A stretch of 64,000 bases of DNA from Nitrospiria bacterium. Lineage in GTDB: Bacteria > Nitrospirota > Nitrospiria > Nitrospirales > NS-4. The notes under the pieces are model-generated. The model made no database searches, was not told where the DNA came from, and was given only the letters and a program-made list of their open reading frames with translations. Within the stretch, counting starts at the first letter, position 1; every line of letters begins with the position of its first letter. This document shows, piece by piece, positions 46,810 through 56,958 of this stretch. The stretch is taken from positions 52-64,051 of the forward strand of contig JBGPTH010000017.1 of the NCBI GenBank assembly GCA_041490525.1, written 5' to 3'. A program made the translations under genes and the position numbers.

Positions 46810-47583
46810 TTACCGCCACACCGCCCACGGAGTTTGGCCGGTCTTCCAGAGTTCGTTCAAGAGTTCCATTTCCCGGTAGGTATCCATGCACTGCCAGAAC
46901 CCGTCGTGCTGATACACAGCCAGTTGCTTCATCGTCGCGAGTTTGACGAGAAGCACTTGCTCCAAGACCTCATCGTCTCCCCTGATCAAGTCCAAGACCT
47001 CCCGCTGGAACACGAAAAACCCCCCGTTGATCCAGCCGGAGTGGACCTGCGGCTTCTCTTGAAACACCTCGACCATATTGTCCTCGATGGACAACTCCCC
47101 GAATCGGGACGAAGGATGGACGGCGGTCACGGTAGCAAGCTTGCCATGCTGTTCATGAAAGGCGATGACGTCCTTGATGTTGACGTTCGCGACCGCATCT
47201 CCATAGGTCATCAAGAAACAGTCTCCGGTCAAATAGGGGGCCACGCGCTTGAGCCGGCCGGCGGTCAGGGTTTTCTCGCCCGTCTCAGCCAAGGTCACCC
47301 GCCAGCCGGTCTCCGGATGCCCGTTGTGGATTTCAAGGTCACGGGAGCCCAGCGTCACCGTCACATCACGGTTGCGAATCTCGTAGTTCAAGAAATAATC
47401 GCGGATCGCGTCGCCCTTGTACCCCAGGCACAGGACAAATTCGGTGTACCCATAGTGGCTATAACACTTCATGATGTGCCAGAGGATCGGCTTGGCTCCG
47501 ATCTCCACCATGGGCTTCGGTTTGAACTCCGTTTCTTCGCGCAACCTGGTTCCGAGCCCGCCTGCAAGGATGACAACTTTCAT
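46810..47583 (-). CDS. rfbF: Glucose-1-phosphate cytidylyltransferase
   Basis: LAGGLGTRLREET..PKPMVEIG, TYGD, WINGGFF, GFWQCMDT. Confidence 0.92.
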   Translation of the reverse strand: MKVVILAGGLGTRLREETEFKPKPMVEIGAKPILWHIMKCYSHYGYTEFVLCLGYKGDAIRDYFLNYEIRNRDVTVTLGSRDLEIHNGHPETGWRVTLAETGEKTLTAGRLKRVAPYLTGDCFLMTYGDAVANVNIKDVIAFHEQHGKLATVTAVHPSSRFGELSIEDNMVEVFQEKPQVHSGWINGGFFVFQREVLDLIRGDDEVLEQVLLVKLATMKQLAVYQHDGFWQCMDTYREMELLNELWKTGQTPWAVWR

Positions 47584-47593
47584 ATGGAGCCCC

Positions 47594-48660
47594 TCACTTC
47601 CGATGGGTTGAGTTTCGGCGGGCAGGCCCTGAATAGGAAGACCCCAGCATCCTGGCCACCCATGGGAAATCCAAATTTATTCGGCGATGCCAAAGATAGG
47701 CCTTGGCCACAAGTCCACCGGTCATCGTCAACAGCTTGAGCATGGCGAAGAAAACTCTGTCCAGAAGCATGGGCTTGGGTCTCAACTTTCTCAGTCGGTC
47801 GAGGAAGTCTCGTTGTTCTTCGAGGCGACGACGCGCATGTCTCATCTCCAGGCTGTACCGCCCTCTCCATTCCCATTTTTTCGTATATTGTTCCGTGAAG
47901 AGTGCCGCGTACCGAGAGGATCGCATTAGCTGTAACATATTGTCAAACGCTGTTCGAGAAGACTCCATATTGTTGAACATCGTCTCAGCATATCCGGAAT
48001 CCAATACCCGCCAGGTAGCTAGTGTCTCAGGAATGAAACAAGCCCCGAATTTCAGGACCAGCACCATATCCACAAACTGGTCGGAATGGTGGGACAGTTC
48101 CGGCGCGTAAACAAGGTTCTCGCTCAATACAGCGTCACGTCGGCAAATACCGGTTTATCCTGTGAACCAGAATCCGTAGCGGGTCAAGGTGGTAAGAACC
48201 TTCTCCGGTGGCAGAAAACAGGCGGTTTTTGAAATCACCGGTGATTTGATCCACCCCTTGTCCCCACCATCTTCTCCGATTAATTGCAGCAATGCCGAAC
48301 AGAGCCCCGCCTGTGGATATTGCGCCAAGAGCTCCATCGATTTTTCAAAGCATCATGGGCAGACCCGGTCGTCAGCCGCCGAGAAAATTATGTATTCGCC
48401 TGCGGCAAGATTCAACCCTCGATTTAATGAGAAAATGACACCTTGATTCTGCTCATTGCGATAGAGGCGAACGATCGGGTCCTTCCGTGCAAACCCTTCG
48501 ATTACTTCGACGCTGTTATCCGTCGAGCCATCGTCAATGACGATCACCTCCAGCGGCCGGAAGGATTGATCCAGGATGGCCTGCAGCGCCTCGGGAAGGT
48601 AGCGTCCGTGGTTGTATTAGGGACTACGACCGACTGCGTTTCCTTCTTCAACGGAAATCA
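47594..48660 (-). pseudogene. Disrupted paralogue of the GT2 gene at 52839-53906
   Basis: Colinear fragments 48353-48547, 48155-48337 and 47594-48127 share one frame and are split by TGA and TAA. There is also a 1-nt deletion near 48620. Shared blocks include IEGFARKDPIVRLYRNEQNQG and LKFGACFIPE.LATWRVLD.GYAETMFNN. Confidence 0.88.
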
Positions 48661-48750
48661 CTCCTTATGTCTATGCGAGACGCTATGATCGGTTCACCTT
48701 CGATCATCATCGATAGCATCCCGAGACATGCGGCGGGTTTGAGACTGCAT

Positions 48751-50538
48751 TTACGAGGAGCTATGGATGCGTACATTGGAGGTCACCCGACCGTGTTCCA
48801 GTTCCACGATGGTGTCGCAGCGTTGCACGGTAGTAAATCGGTGAGCGATGATGAGGATGGTGATGTCGCGGTTCAGTCCTTCGATGGCATCCATCACCGA
48901 CTTTTCGGTGGCATTGTCGAGGGCGCTGGTAGCTTCGTCGAATACGAGCACGCTGGCCTGTTTATAGAGCGCGCGGGCAATGCCGATGCGTTGGCGCTGC
49001 CCGCCGGAGAGACGAATGCCCCGTTCTCCGACGAACGTGTCATAGCCATCTTTTCGGCTTTCAATAAATTCAGCGATCTGTGCTTGAAGTGCTGCTTGTC
49101 GGACGCGGTCGAAATCAATAGCCTCCCGCGGTACGCCAAAGGCGATGTTCTCAGCCACAGTGGTATCGGCAAGATAAATACTCTGGGGCACGTGAGCGAT
49201 CGTCCGCTGCCACGCTCTGATCCGGCTACCGGTGATAGGTTGGCCATCTACCAGAAGTTCGCCTTCCGTCGGAAGCAGCAGCCCCATCAGGATATCAAGT
49301 GTGGTCGTCTTGCCGCTTCCGGTGCGACCGACAAAACCGACGCGCGCACCCTTCGGGATGGTCAAATCGAGACCATCTAATACCCACGGCAGATCGCTGC
49401 CGTACCGGAAGCGCACGCCGGCGAAACGGATGCAATCTTTGAAGGGCAGTGGCGCAGGAGCCGGTTGCAGCGCTTCCGGTGGTAGAGGTTGATCAAGGAG
49501 TTCGAGCGTGTCCAGGAGGTAGGCATGATGGCCGACAATGGTTGCCCAGTTCGTGTAAGCTTGCTGTAAGGCCGGCAGCAATTTTTGAGCACCAAGCGCC
49601 AACGCACCAAGGACCGGCAATGCTGTGGCGATTCCACCCGCCTGCCGGCTAAGACCATAGGCTACTCCGGCGATCAGCACCATGCCCAATGCCTCCGTGG
49701 CATAACGCGGGCTTTGGCTGATGAAAAGATTGTTGCCTTGCGCCCGCCGCAACGGATGATCTGCACGGCGGTAGATTTCGCAGTAAACGGGCTGCGTGCC
49801 ATCCAGCAGCACGTCGCGAATCCCGCCTAATCCTTCCTGCAAAGCTTTGATCACTTGTGTTTCTTCATGGGCCATACGCTGGCTGTTATGGCGCAGTCTA
49901 CGGCGAGCCATCCACGTAATCAGCCCATACGTCCCCCCAAATCCAATGGCTGCCATTGTTGCCACGACCGGATCAATGATGACTAAAGTCAGCGTGACAG
50001 CAACCAGCAACACGATTGAACTAACCAGTGTCAGCAACGGCTGCAGAACGCCGAACACAACGCCACTGACCTTGGCTGGTCCGCTGAGAACAGTGCTGCT
50101 GTTCCGGGCTACATGCACCCAGTAGGGTTGATAGAGGGTGCGACGATATACCTCGATACTGAGCTCTGCCCCGCTCGCAAACGCGAGCCGCATGCTAGCC
50201 CACAACAGGAGCATGCGGATTGCGCCCGCTAATAACGCCATGCTCGCAAACGCGACCGCGAGGGGTATTATCAATTGATCAGTGGAGGTGAATCCCCAGG
50301 CCTTCGCTGCATCGCCGACAAGACGATAATTGAGTACCGACTGAGACGCTGTAAGTACGCCGATGAAGGGCAACACGGCCCCCAAGCTCACCACTTCCGC
50401 AAACATACTGATCAGCATCAAGCCTATCAACAGAACAAAGTGACGACGACGGCGACGGTTGAGGTGGTACCAGAGACGAATCAGTAAGTAGGGTAGGCCG
50501 GCGTTGAAGGATGCAAATTTAGGAATGGTAAAACTCAT
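48751..50538 (-). CDS. ABC transporter permease + ATPase (PglK/MsbA-like glycan flippase)
   Basis: TM domain, GRTGSGKTT, LSGGQRQRIGIARALY, FDEATSALD, IAHR. Confidence 0.9.
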   Translation of the reverse strand: MSFTIPKFASFNAGLPYLLIRLWYHLNRRRRRHFVLLIGLMLISMFAEVVSLGAVLPFIGVLTASQSVLNYRLVGDAAKAWGFTSTDQLIIPLAVAFASMALLAGAIRMLLLWASMRLAFASGAELSIEVYRRTLYQPYWVHVARNSSTVLSGPAKVSGVVFGVLQPLLTLVSSIVLLVAVTLTLVIIDPVVATMAAIGFGGTYGLITWMARRRLRHNSQRMAHEETQVIKALQEGLGGIRDVLLDGTQPVYCEIYRRADHPLRRAQGNNLFISQSPRYATEALGMVLIAGVAYGLSRQAGGIATALPVLGALALGAQKLLPALQQAYTNWATIVGHHAYLLDTLELLDQPLPPEALQPAPAPLPFKDCIRFAGVRFRYGSDLPWVLDGLDLTIPKGARVGFVGRTGSGKTTTLDILMGLLLPTEGELLVDGQPITGSRIRAWQRTIAHVPQSIYLADTTVAENIAFGVPREAIDFDRVRQAALQAQIAEFIESRKDGYDTFVGERGIRLSGGQRQRIGIARALYKQASVLVFDEATSALDNATEKSVMDAIEGLNRDITILIIAHRFTTVQRCDTIVELEHGRVTSNVRIHSSS

Positions 50539-50568
50539 GCTGAAAAACCTCGCGTTGATTGCAATAAC

Positions 50569-51543
50569 TTATGTGAATTCGCGTCTCAACATGTTCGCTA
50601 CAATTCTGGCAGCTGTGATATTACGCCTAACGAACTTCTTAAATCGTCGAATGGCTGGTTGTGGATGAATGCCGACTCCGATCTTGCCAAGATGTGTCAG
50701 ATACTCTGGGTAATTCTCCTTCCCATTGCGGCCAAGGACGATTGGTCTTTTACAAGAGCGCATAGACTCGACATTTTTGTCGAACTGCTTTCTCCAGCCA
50801 TCATCTAATCGATATTGATCCTGAATTGGCTGCCTCTCCGAAGTTGATGCACTTCCTTTCTCAGCGATTGTAACGATTACCAGGTGGTTGTTTTCGATTG
50901 CTTCGGGTGGGGCGCCATTCCTATCAGCTTCCAGATTGGCGAAGTACCAATCACAGGGCCCGAAAAAGAGCTCCTCGGTGTCATGGTATGAAGCGATGTA
51001 AACCTTGCAATCGGTGAATCCGTTAGTCACGTAATAATCCCAAAACCATGCAGGGGAAAACATTATGTACGGACAGTTCCACGACGAAACCGATTCGAGG
51101 CAGACAACTCTACCTCCCGGACGCAACATTTTGGACAAATTAACAATGGCGACTCCAGGATTGAACATGTTGTCGAAGCAGCCGCCGTTATATATAAAAT
51201 CGTAACGATTTAACAATGATTCAGGGACCGGATATCCCAAGTCGTGCACGATTTCGGCTCCCTCATAATCCGTGACGTCAAGACAATCAACCTTTCCCAC
51301 TCCGATACTTCGCATAAAACAGCGTTCGGTAATGAAATTCTGCCCTTTTGCGCCGATTGTCTTATGGTCGTACTCATAGGTAAATCCGGCAGACAATGAC
51401 AAACCATACTTTTTCAACAGCAAATTCAGAGAATTTTCATCGAGGTAGGTGGTTTGTCGTCCAATGAACAACGCATTACCTTCAATTTTCTTGTAACAAT
51501 GTTCAGTGAATATCACCTCTTCAACTGGTAGGAGCAAACCCAT
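50569..51543 (-). CDS. Methyltransferase-like protein
   Basis: LDVTDYEGAEIVHDL, YDFIYNGG, MLRPGG; low GC. Confidence 0.6.
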   Translation of the reverse strand: MGLLLPVEEVIFTEHCYKKIEGNALFIGRQTTYLDENSLNLLLKKYGLSLSAGFTYEYDHKTIGAKGQNFITERCFMRSIGVGKVDCLDVTDYEGAEIVHDLGYPVPESLLNRYDFIYNGGCFDNMFNPGVAIVNLSKMLRPGGRVVCLESVSSWNCPYIMFSPAWFWDYYVTNGFTDCKVYIASYHDTEELFFGPCDWYFANLEADRNGAPPEAIENNHLVIVTIAEKGSASTSERQPIQDQYRLDDGWRKQFDKNVESMRSCKRPIVLGRNGKENYPEYLTHLGKIGVGIHPQPAIRRFKKFVRRNITAARIVANMLRREFT

Positions 51544-51641
51544 CTATTGTCCTTTATCTATCTAGGCGTTCGGCTTTTGATATGACCGCATCGCAAAAAC
51601 CGAAGGTTAGCACAACCGCAAACTCGCCTGGTAACCGGATA

Positions 51642-52733
51642 TCAGCGGTTCGGTTCATAGGCAACACCGTAAGCGACGGTTTCGATGATTCCCGCGTCGT
51701 GCTGACGCAAATGCAGCGAGTAAGACGAATCCAGTTCTCGGATTAGAAACGGCACGCGCCAGAGATCGGTGGGCCGGTGATACGCCGAAATTGCCAGGCG
51801 CGGCCGCCAACGTTTGATGCAGTCGCGCGCCCCGTCCAGAGCGGCGAGCTCTGCGCCTTCGATATTCATCTTGACGAAAGTGACTCTATCCTGCCCTAAG
51901 ACCTCGTCAAGACTTGTAACAGGAACTTCGATCTGACCATGCTCGCTAATTATTGATCTGCGCGATGCATCACCCACAAATCGCAATGTAGTCGAGTGGC
52001 TGTAAAGGCCCTTAGGGATAGCGTGGACACGATGTTCGGAAATGAAATTTGCTTCTAGTCGTCGAAACGTCTCGGGATCAGGCTCAAATGCTACGATCCG
52101 ATCGAAAGACCCTCCAACGCGGCGAATAAAGAGCCGAATCGTGTCGCCATCATATGCGCCAGCGTCGATGTAAACTTCATCGGGACGAATAATGAACAGT
52201 CCCGATGGAAGATAAACGTCCTCGTCGACGATGGGCAGAAGCGTGCCGATATCGCAGGTTTGGCGGTATCCGAGGATAGCATCGAGGTGCATCCGAGATT
52301 TGTCGTCCTGGAATGCAGCCGATAGCGCGTGGTAACGATCCAGATTTTTTATCAGGTCTTCGAGAATTCCATCGTAGAACATATGCGGTGGGAAACGCTC
52401 AGGATCCATCACTTGCAGCGCCATGAATAGCGCGATATCGCGGAAACCATGATTCCGCAGCCGTTCCACTAGGCGCAACGGGCGGTGCGACGCGATGACC
52501 ACTGGCACATCAGGCGAGAGTTGGGTAAGCGAATCCACTGTGACGACAGTAACGCCTTCAATAATTGTTCCGCAGCGCGCGGGATTATCGTCGGCGATTG
52601 CGCATACACTGATGCCCAATCGGGCACACAGGTGGGCAAGCCGCTTTCCCTCATCAGCTGCGCCCACGATGGCTAGCCGTGACAGCCGCCCCCAATCGAA
52701 TGCTGAGTAGCGCTCTCGCAGCGCCTCACGCAT
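51642..52733 (-). CDS. FkbM-family methyltransferase
   Basis: YIDAGAYDGDT, FEPDP, FVKMNIEGAE, LAISAYHRPTDL. Confidence 0.88.
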   Translation of the reverse strand: MREALRERYSAFDWGRLSRLAIVGAADEGKRLAHLCARLGISVCAIADDNPARCGTIIEGVTVVTVDSLTQLSPDVPVVIASHRPLRLVERLRNHGFRDIALFMALQVMDPERFPPHMFYDGILEDLIKNLDRYHALSAAFQDDKSRMHLDAILGYRQTCDIGTLLPIVDEDVYLPSGLFIIRPDEVYIDAGAYDGDTIRLFIRRVGGSFDRIVAFEPDPETFRRLEANFISEHRVHAIPKGLYSHSTTLRFVGDASRRSIISEHGQIEVPVTSLDEVLGQDRVTFVKMNIEGAELAALDGARDCIKRWRPRLAISAYHRPTDLWRVPFLIRELDSSYSLHLRQHDAGIIETVAYGVAYEPNR

Positions 52734-52838
52734 GGCGTCGATTGAGCCTATGCGCGCAATTTCCTCAAGCCACGTAGCTGCTATGGGCCTAGGAGTTTCA
52801 ACGGCTGGGATGCTTATGTCTCCTCCTGCAATACCGGA

Positions 52839-53906
52839 TCACCACGGCCTGCCGCCTGACGAGTTTCTGCGAAGAACCAACCGTACCTTACAAATTAACC
52901 AGGGGAGATCCCAATTAATTCGACGATGCCAAAGATAGGTCTTGGCAACGAGTCCATGGGCCAGCGCCAACAACTTGAGTGCAGCGAAGAAGGTCTTGTC
53001 GAGAAGCGTTGGCCTGCGCCTCAACTCTCTTAACCGGCCGAGAAAGTCTAATTGATTCCTCTCGACAAGCCGTCGATAATGCCGCGCTTCAATGGAATAC
53101 CAGCCTCTACGCTCCCAGACCTTTGTGAATTTTTCGGGGAAGAGAGCGACGTATTCTGGCGATCGCATTAATCGGGTAACTTTCTCAAACGCCGTCCGGG
53201 ATATCTCCACGTTGTTGAACATGGTTTCGGCATAGCCTGTATCCAACACGCGCCACGTGGCCAGTATCTCTGGGATGAAACAGGCCCCGAATTTCAACGC
53301 CACGACGAGGAACAAAAACTGGTCTGTGTGGTGGAACAGATCCGGCCTGTAGCGGCCTGCTGCTTGTAATACTGCATCACGGCGCATAATAACCGTCTGC
53401 CCTGTGTGCCAATGGCCGTATTTGACTAAAGTTGCGATAGCTTTTTCCGGCGGCAGGAAACATGGAGCTTGAGAAATTACCGGTGTTTCAATCCATCCCT
53501 TGTCGTTCCCATGCGCGTCAATTAATCGCACTAACGCCGAACACATCCCTGCCTCCGGATATTGCGCCAGGAGCTCCATTGATTTTTCATACAGGCCTGG
53601 GCAGATTCGATCGTCAGACGCCGCCATATTAATGTACTCACCCGCGGCAAGGTCCAGTCCTCGATTCACTCCGAAAATGCTGCCTTGATTCTGCTCATTG
53701 CGGTAGAGGCGAACGATCGGGTCCTTCCGTGCGAAGCCTTCGATTATTTCCACGCTGTTATCCGTTGAGGCATCGTCAATGACGATCACCTCCAGCGGTC
53801 GGTAGGATTGATCCAGGATGGCCTGCAAAGCCTCCCCAATATAATGACCGTGGTTGTAGTTAATAACGACGACGGATAGCGTTCCCTTCTTCAACGGATG
53901 AGGCAT
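52839..53906 (-). CDS. GT2-family glycosyltransferase
   Basis: SVVVINYNHG, IDDASTD, AASDD. Confidence 0.88.
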   Translation of the reverse strand: MPHPLKKGTLSVVVINYNHGHYIGEALQAILDQSYRPLEVIVIDDASTDNSVEIIEGFARKDPIVRLYRNEQNQGSIFGVNRGLDLAAGEYINMAASDDRICPGLYEKSMELLAQYPEAGMCSALVRLIDAHGNDKGWIETPVISQAPCFLPPEKAIATLVKYGHWHTGQTVIMRRDAVLQAAGRYRPDLFHHTDQFLFLVVALKFGACFIPEILATWRVLDTGYAETMFNNVEISRTAFEKVTRLMRSPEYVALFPEKFTKVWERRGWYSIEARHYRRLVERNQLDFLGRLRELRRRPTLLDKTFFAALKLLALAHGLVAKTYLWHRRINWDLPWLICKVRLVLRRNSSGGRPW

Positions 53907-53926
53907 ATTAAAACGATGTGAATTCG

Positions 53927-54796
53927 CTAAGAGCTGCGCGTTTCGGGCGGCAATGGCCCGCCTAAAACCGCGTCATGACAGCGCAAGCAATCCACCGAAC
54001 ACCGAGTTATTTCAGGCTGTGCACGGATCACGGGAGCAAGACAGTCCAGCAACTCGCGAACGTTGGCCGTTTGAGCTACACAACTGCCGATGCGCTCAAC
54101 ACGAAACACGTCTCGACAATACGGCATGAGCGCGTCAAATCCTTTCGCGCAACCATTGGTCTTCACCTCGCGGATGGCGCCCATTCTATCCTTCGCCCAA
54201 CGAACGAATGGACGGCGGCCAAGCCTTTCTTCAGCCACATGGACGGCAGTACACGACGCAAGGCCAACACCTAACAGCACTACAAAACCCCCGGCATCGG
54301 CGAGTGTTTCAAGCGGTCGATTGGGCGAATCCCAAGGATGGTCGGCAAGCCAATCCGAAGCGTCTTTGCCGGTACCAAGCCAGGAGTGCCACGGGTGGTC
54401 ACTACGCGATACACCGTCTGCCTTTGCGAGAGTGTGAGCGATAATCCCCATTTGGGGATGGATCGGAGCAGTGTTCACATCGAAAGGTCGCGGGGGATTT
54501 ACAAAATCGAAGTGGACCGCATAATCACAGCCATTCTGTCGATAACGCATCTCTGGAGGTGGAAGTATTTTTGCTGCGCATTGGAATCCCGGCATCAACA
54601 CCGTTGGGCACACGTATTGCAACGCTTTGATCACTGCTTCAGGACCGCCGTGGACTCGACCAAAGCTTCGCAACGAACTATGAACGACAACTGGTTTTCC
54701 TGAAAGGCCCAGATCGCAAAGCCTTGACGCGATGAGTTCGGAAGTAACTGTCTGTTTGGCGGCGGCATCCGCATCCATTGCAAGATCCTCAATCAT
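53927..54796 (-). CDS. AAC(3)/YokD-family (Antibiotic_NAT) N-acetyltransferase
   Basis: VVHSSLRSFGRVHGG, RSDHPWHS, LLGVGLASCTAVHVAEE. Confidence 0.8.
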   Translation of the reverse strand: MIEDLAMDADAAAKQTVTSELIASRLCDLGLSGKPVVVHSSLRSFGRVHGGPEAVIKALQYVCPTVLMPGFQCAAKILPPPEMRYRQNGCDYAVHFDFVNPPRPFDVNTAPIHPQMGIIAHTLAKADGVSRSDHPWHSWLGTGKDASDWLADHPWDSPNRPLETLADAGGFVVLLGVGLASCTAVHVAEERLGRRPFVRWAKDRMGAIREVKTNGCAKGFDALMPYCRDVFRVERIGSCVAQTANVRELLDCLAPVIRAQPEITRCSVDCLRCHDAVLGGPLPPETRSS

Positions 54797-54851
54797 AAGA
54801 TGCCTTTATTCACAACTGTTCCACCCTATTGTCAATTGGCTCTGGCGAGCC

Positions 54852-55568
54852 TCACAATTTATTTACACACAGCGCTATCAAGTACTGGCACATCGGGAAG
54901 TAGCCGGTATGAAGCACTTCATCATTCATCCCGAACATAAAGACCTGGCGATAGTATTTGCGGCACAAATCTCGCAAATCATCTCCACTCTTGCAGTTGA
55001 TGTGGCCCTCCTTGGAAGCCGCTGATGCATATTTCTGGGATTCGAGTGACGGCATTCCTACTATGAAAATGCCATTCGCATTCAAACTAGCCGCAATGTT
55101 TTTCATGTACAAATGTTCTTGCGACTGATCAATGTGCTCGAGGACGTCCATGGAAAATGCGGCATCGAAGTGCTCGTCCCCTTCCAACTCGACAGCTCCA
55201 TCGATTATGTCATGATCGCGAAATGACACATTACTCAGGTGGGGCAGCATATATTTATTAGCTTCTTCGATATATGGCTTGAAAAAGTCGATTGACACTA
55301 ACCGCTCGACGTGTTGAGCCATGAAAAGAGAGGTAAATCCATCCTGGCAACCTACCTCAAGAACAATCTTGCAGCCTGAGAGCATTTTCCCGACAAACTT
55401 ATGCCTTGCGATTCGAAATCCAATTTGCTTCGGATCCGTAAAAAATCCAAATGAAGTCGTAGTACCGAGCGTTAACTGACCTAGTTCACTTCGTTGTACA
55501 ACGGAGTTGGCGGATTCAAAAGTGCGTTTAGCGATCGGAAGACTACCCGATCCAGAAAATTCATTCAT
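54852..55568 (-). CDS. Class I SAM-dependent methyltransferase
   Basis: ARHKFV, VLEVGCQDG, DVLEHI, GHIN. The true start is MNEFSG at 55568. Confidence 0.82.
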   Translation of the reverse strand: MNEFSGSGSLPIAKRTFESANSVVQRSELGQLTLGTTTSFGFFTDPKQIGFRIARHKFVGKMLSGCKIVLEVGCQDGFTSLFMAQHVERLVSIDFFKPYIEEANKYMLPHLSNVSFRDHDIIDGAVELEGDEHFDAAFSMDVLEHIDQSQEHLYMKNIAASLNANGIFIVGMPSLESQKYASAASKEGHINCKSGDDLRDLCRKYYRQVFMFGMNDEVLHTGYFPMCQYLIALCVNKL

Positions 55569-55638
55569 GTCGCGTTCACCTTTTGAGAGGCAGGTCCCGC
55601 GCCCCTCTCTGCGAAGTAGCCTAATATTTCCTGACGCC

Positions 55639-56844
55639 TCATGGTGTAGACAAAGCGGCTTCGACCTTCGTGATTGCGGCGATGATGTCACGGGCTTCAG
55701 CCATGCCGTATTTTTCGTTGAGGTAGACGCAGAAAGTGGCGTCACGCACGGCGCTCGCATTGACGGTCTCGAACCGGTCGGCCAAGTAGGGCCGCACCCA
55801 CTCCCAGTCACGCACCAGGTACCTGTAGTGCGGGTTAAGGCCGATGCCTTCAGCGACGATCGCCCGAGCAAAAGCGGTCTTGTCGCAGCGCAGCCGCGAC
55901 TGGTCGACGAACACGGGGTAGATGAAGAGCGAGTCGCCGTCGGTCGCCGGATAGGGCCGGCAGACACGGGAAGAGGCAAGACCTTTCTCGACGCTGCGAA
56001 CGAAGGCCAGACGGACGGCGATGGTGTCCGGTAGCCTCGCGAGGGAAGCAATCCCGATGGCACAGGAAATTTCGTCCGTGTGCAGGTTAAGCGCCGGGAA
56101 GAGATAGCCCGACGGGTCGCGGTCGTCAAAGTCGGCGCGCCAGCGCGGCTTGCCGCGGTCAGCGTGTGCTAGCGCCATGTGGAACAGATCTTCGTCCTGG
56201 GCATAGACAACGCCGCCGCTCGCTCCGGTCATGTGCGCCTTGCGGTACATAGTGGAGAAGGCCGCGATGTCGCCGAAGGTGCCGGCCTTCCGTCCTTTCC
56301 AAGCGGCACCATGGGCCTGCGAGCAGTCCTCGACCACCTTAATACCGTGGCCATGGGCCACCTCGACGATGGCATCGATGGGGGCGGCTTGACCAACGCA
56401 ATGCACAATTACCGCCGCCTTCACGCGGGGCCCGCTCCGTTCGGCCAACTGCTCTGGCCCGACGTTGTAGCTGCCCGGCATGCTGTCCATCAGCTTCGGC
56501 ACCAGCCCGTTGAGCACGATGGCGCTGAGGGTGCCAGGATCGGTGACGGGCGAGACCAGGACTTCCGAACCCTTCGACAGCCCTAGGGCAGCGATGGCGA
56601 CGTACAGGGCCGCTGTGCCGGTCGCCACGGCGTCGGCATGGCCACCACCCAGATAGACCTCGAATGCGCGGCAGTAGCGCTCCTCGAAGTGCCCCTGGTA
56701 GCCAGGATCCGCCTTTCGGCTGCGGTAATAGTCCAGGCACTCGGCGATCATCGCCTCCTCGGTCGGGCCGAGGGCGAAGCGGGACGGCATCGGCTGCCGG
56801 CGCACCGCCGCACCGCCGTTGATGGCTAGGCGCGAATCAAACAT
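55639..56844 (-). CDS. DegT/DnrJ/EryC1/StrS PLP-dependent sugar aminotransferase
   Basis: ATGTAAL, EDCSQAHGA, GTFGDIAAFSTMYRK (PLP lysine). Start 56844-56859. Confidence 0.88.
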   Translation of the reverse strand: MFDSRLAINGGAAVRRQPMPSRFALGPTEEAMIAECLDYYRSRKADPGYQGHFEERYCRAFEVYLGGGHADAVATGTAALYVAIAALGLSKGSEVLVSPVTDPGTLSAIVLNGLVPKLMDSMPGSYNVGPEQLAERSGPRVKAAVIVHCVGQAAPIDAIVEVAHGHGIKVVEDCSQAHGAAWKGRKAGTFGDIAAFSTMYRKAHMTGASGGVVYAQDEDLFHMALAHADRGKPRWRADFDDRDPSGYLFPALNLHTDEISCAIGIASLARLPDTIAVRLAFVRSVEKGLASSRVCRPYPATDGDSLFIYPVFVDQSRLRCDKTAFARAIVAEGIGLNPHYRYLVRDWEWVRPYLADRFETVNASAVRDATFCVYLNEKYGMAEARDIIAAITKVEAALSTP

Positions 56845-56958
56845 GCAATCAGAAGTCATAGACGCCGAACACCGCTGCATCCCCCGGTCGCAAGCTCTGG
56901 CGGTCAGTCACATGATGGTCGATGACCATCAGAGGAGCACCCCCAGCACTGGTTTCCA

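Noticed and set aside
48155-48355. Stop-codon recoding (selenocysteine or readthrough) in the second GT2
   Set aside because: The lesions are mixed (TGA at a Gly position, TAA at a Gln position, plus a frameshift), which fits decay.
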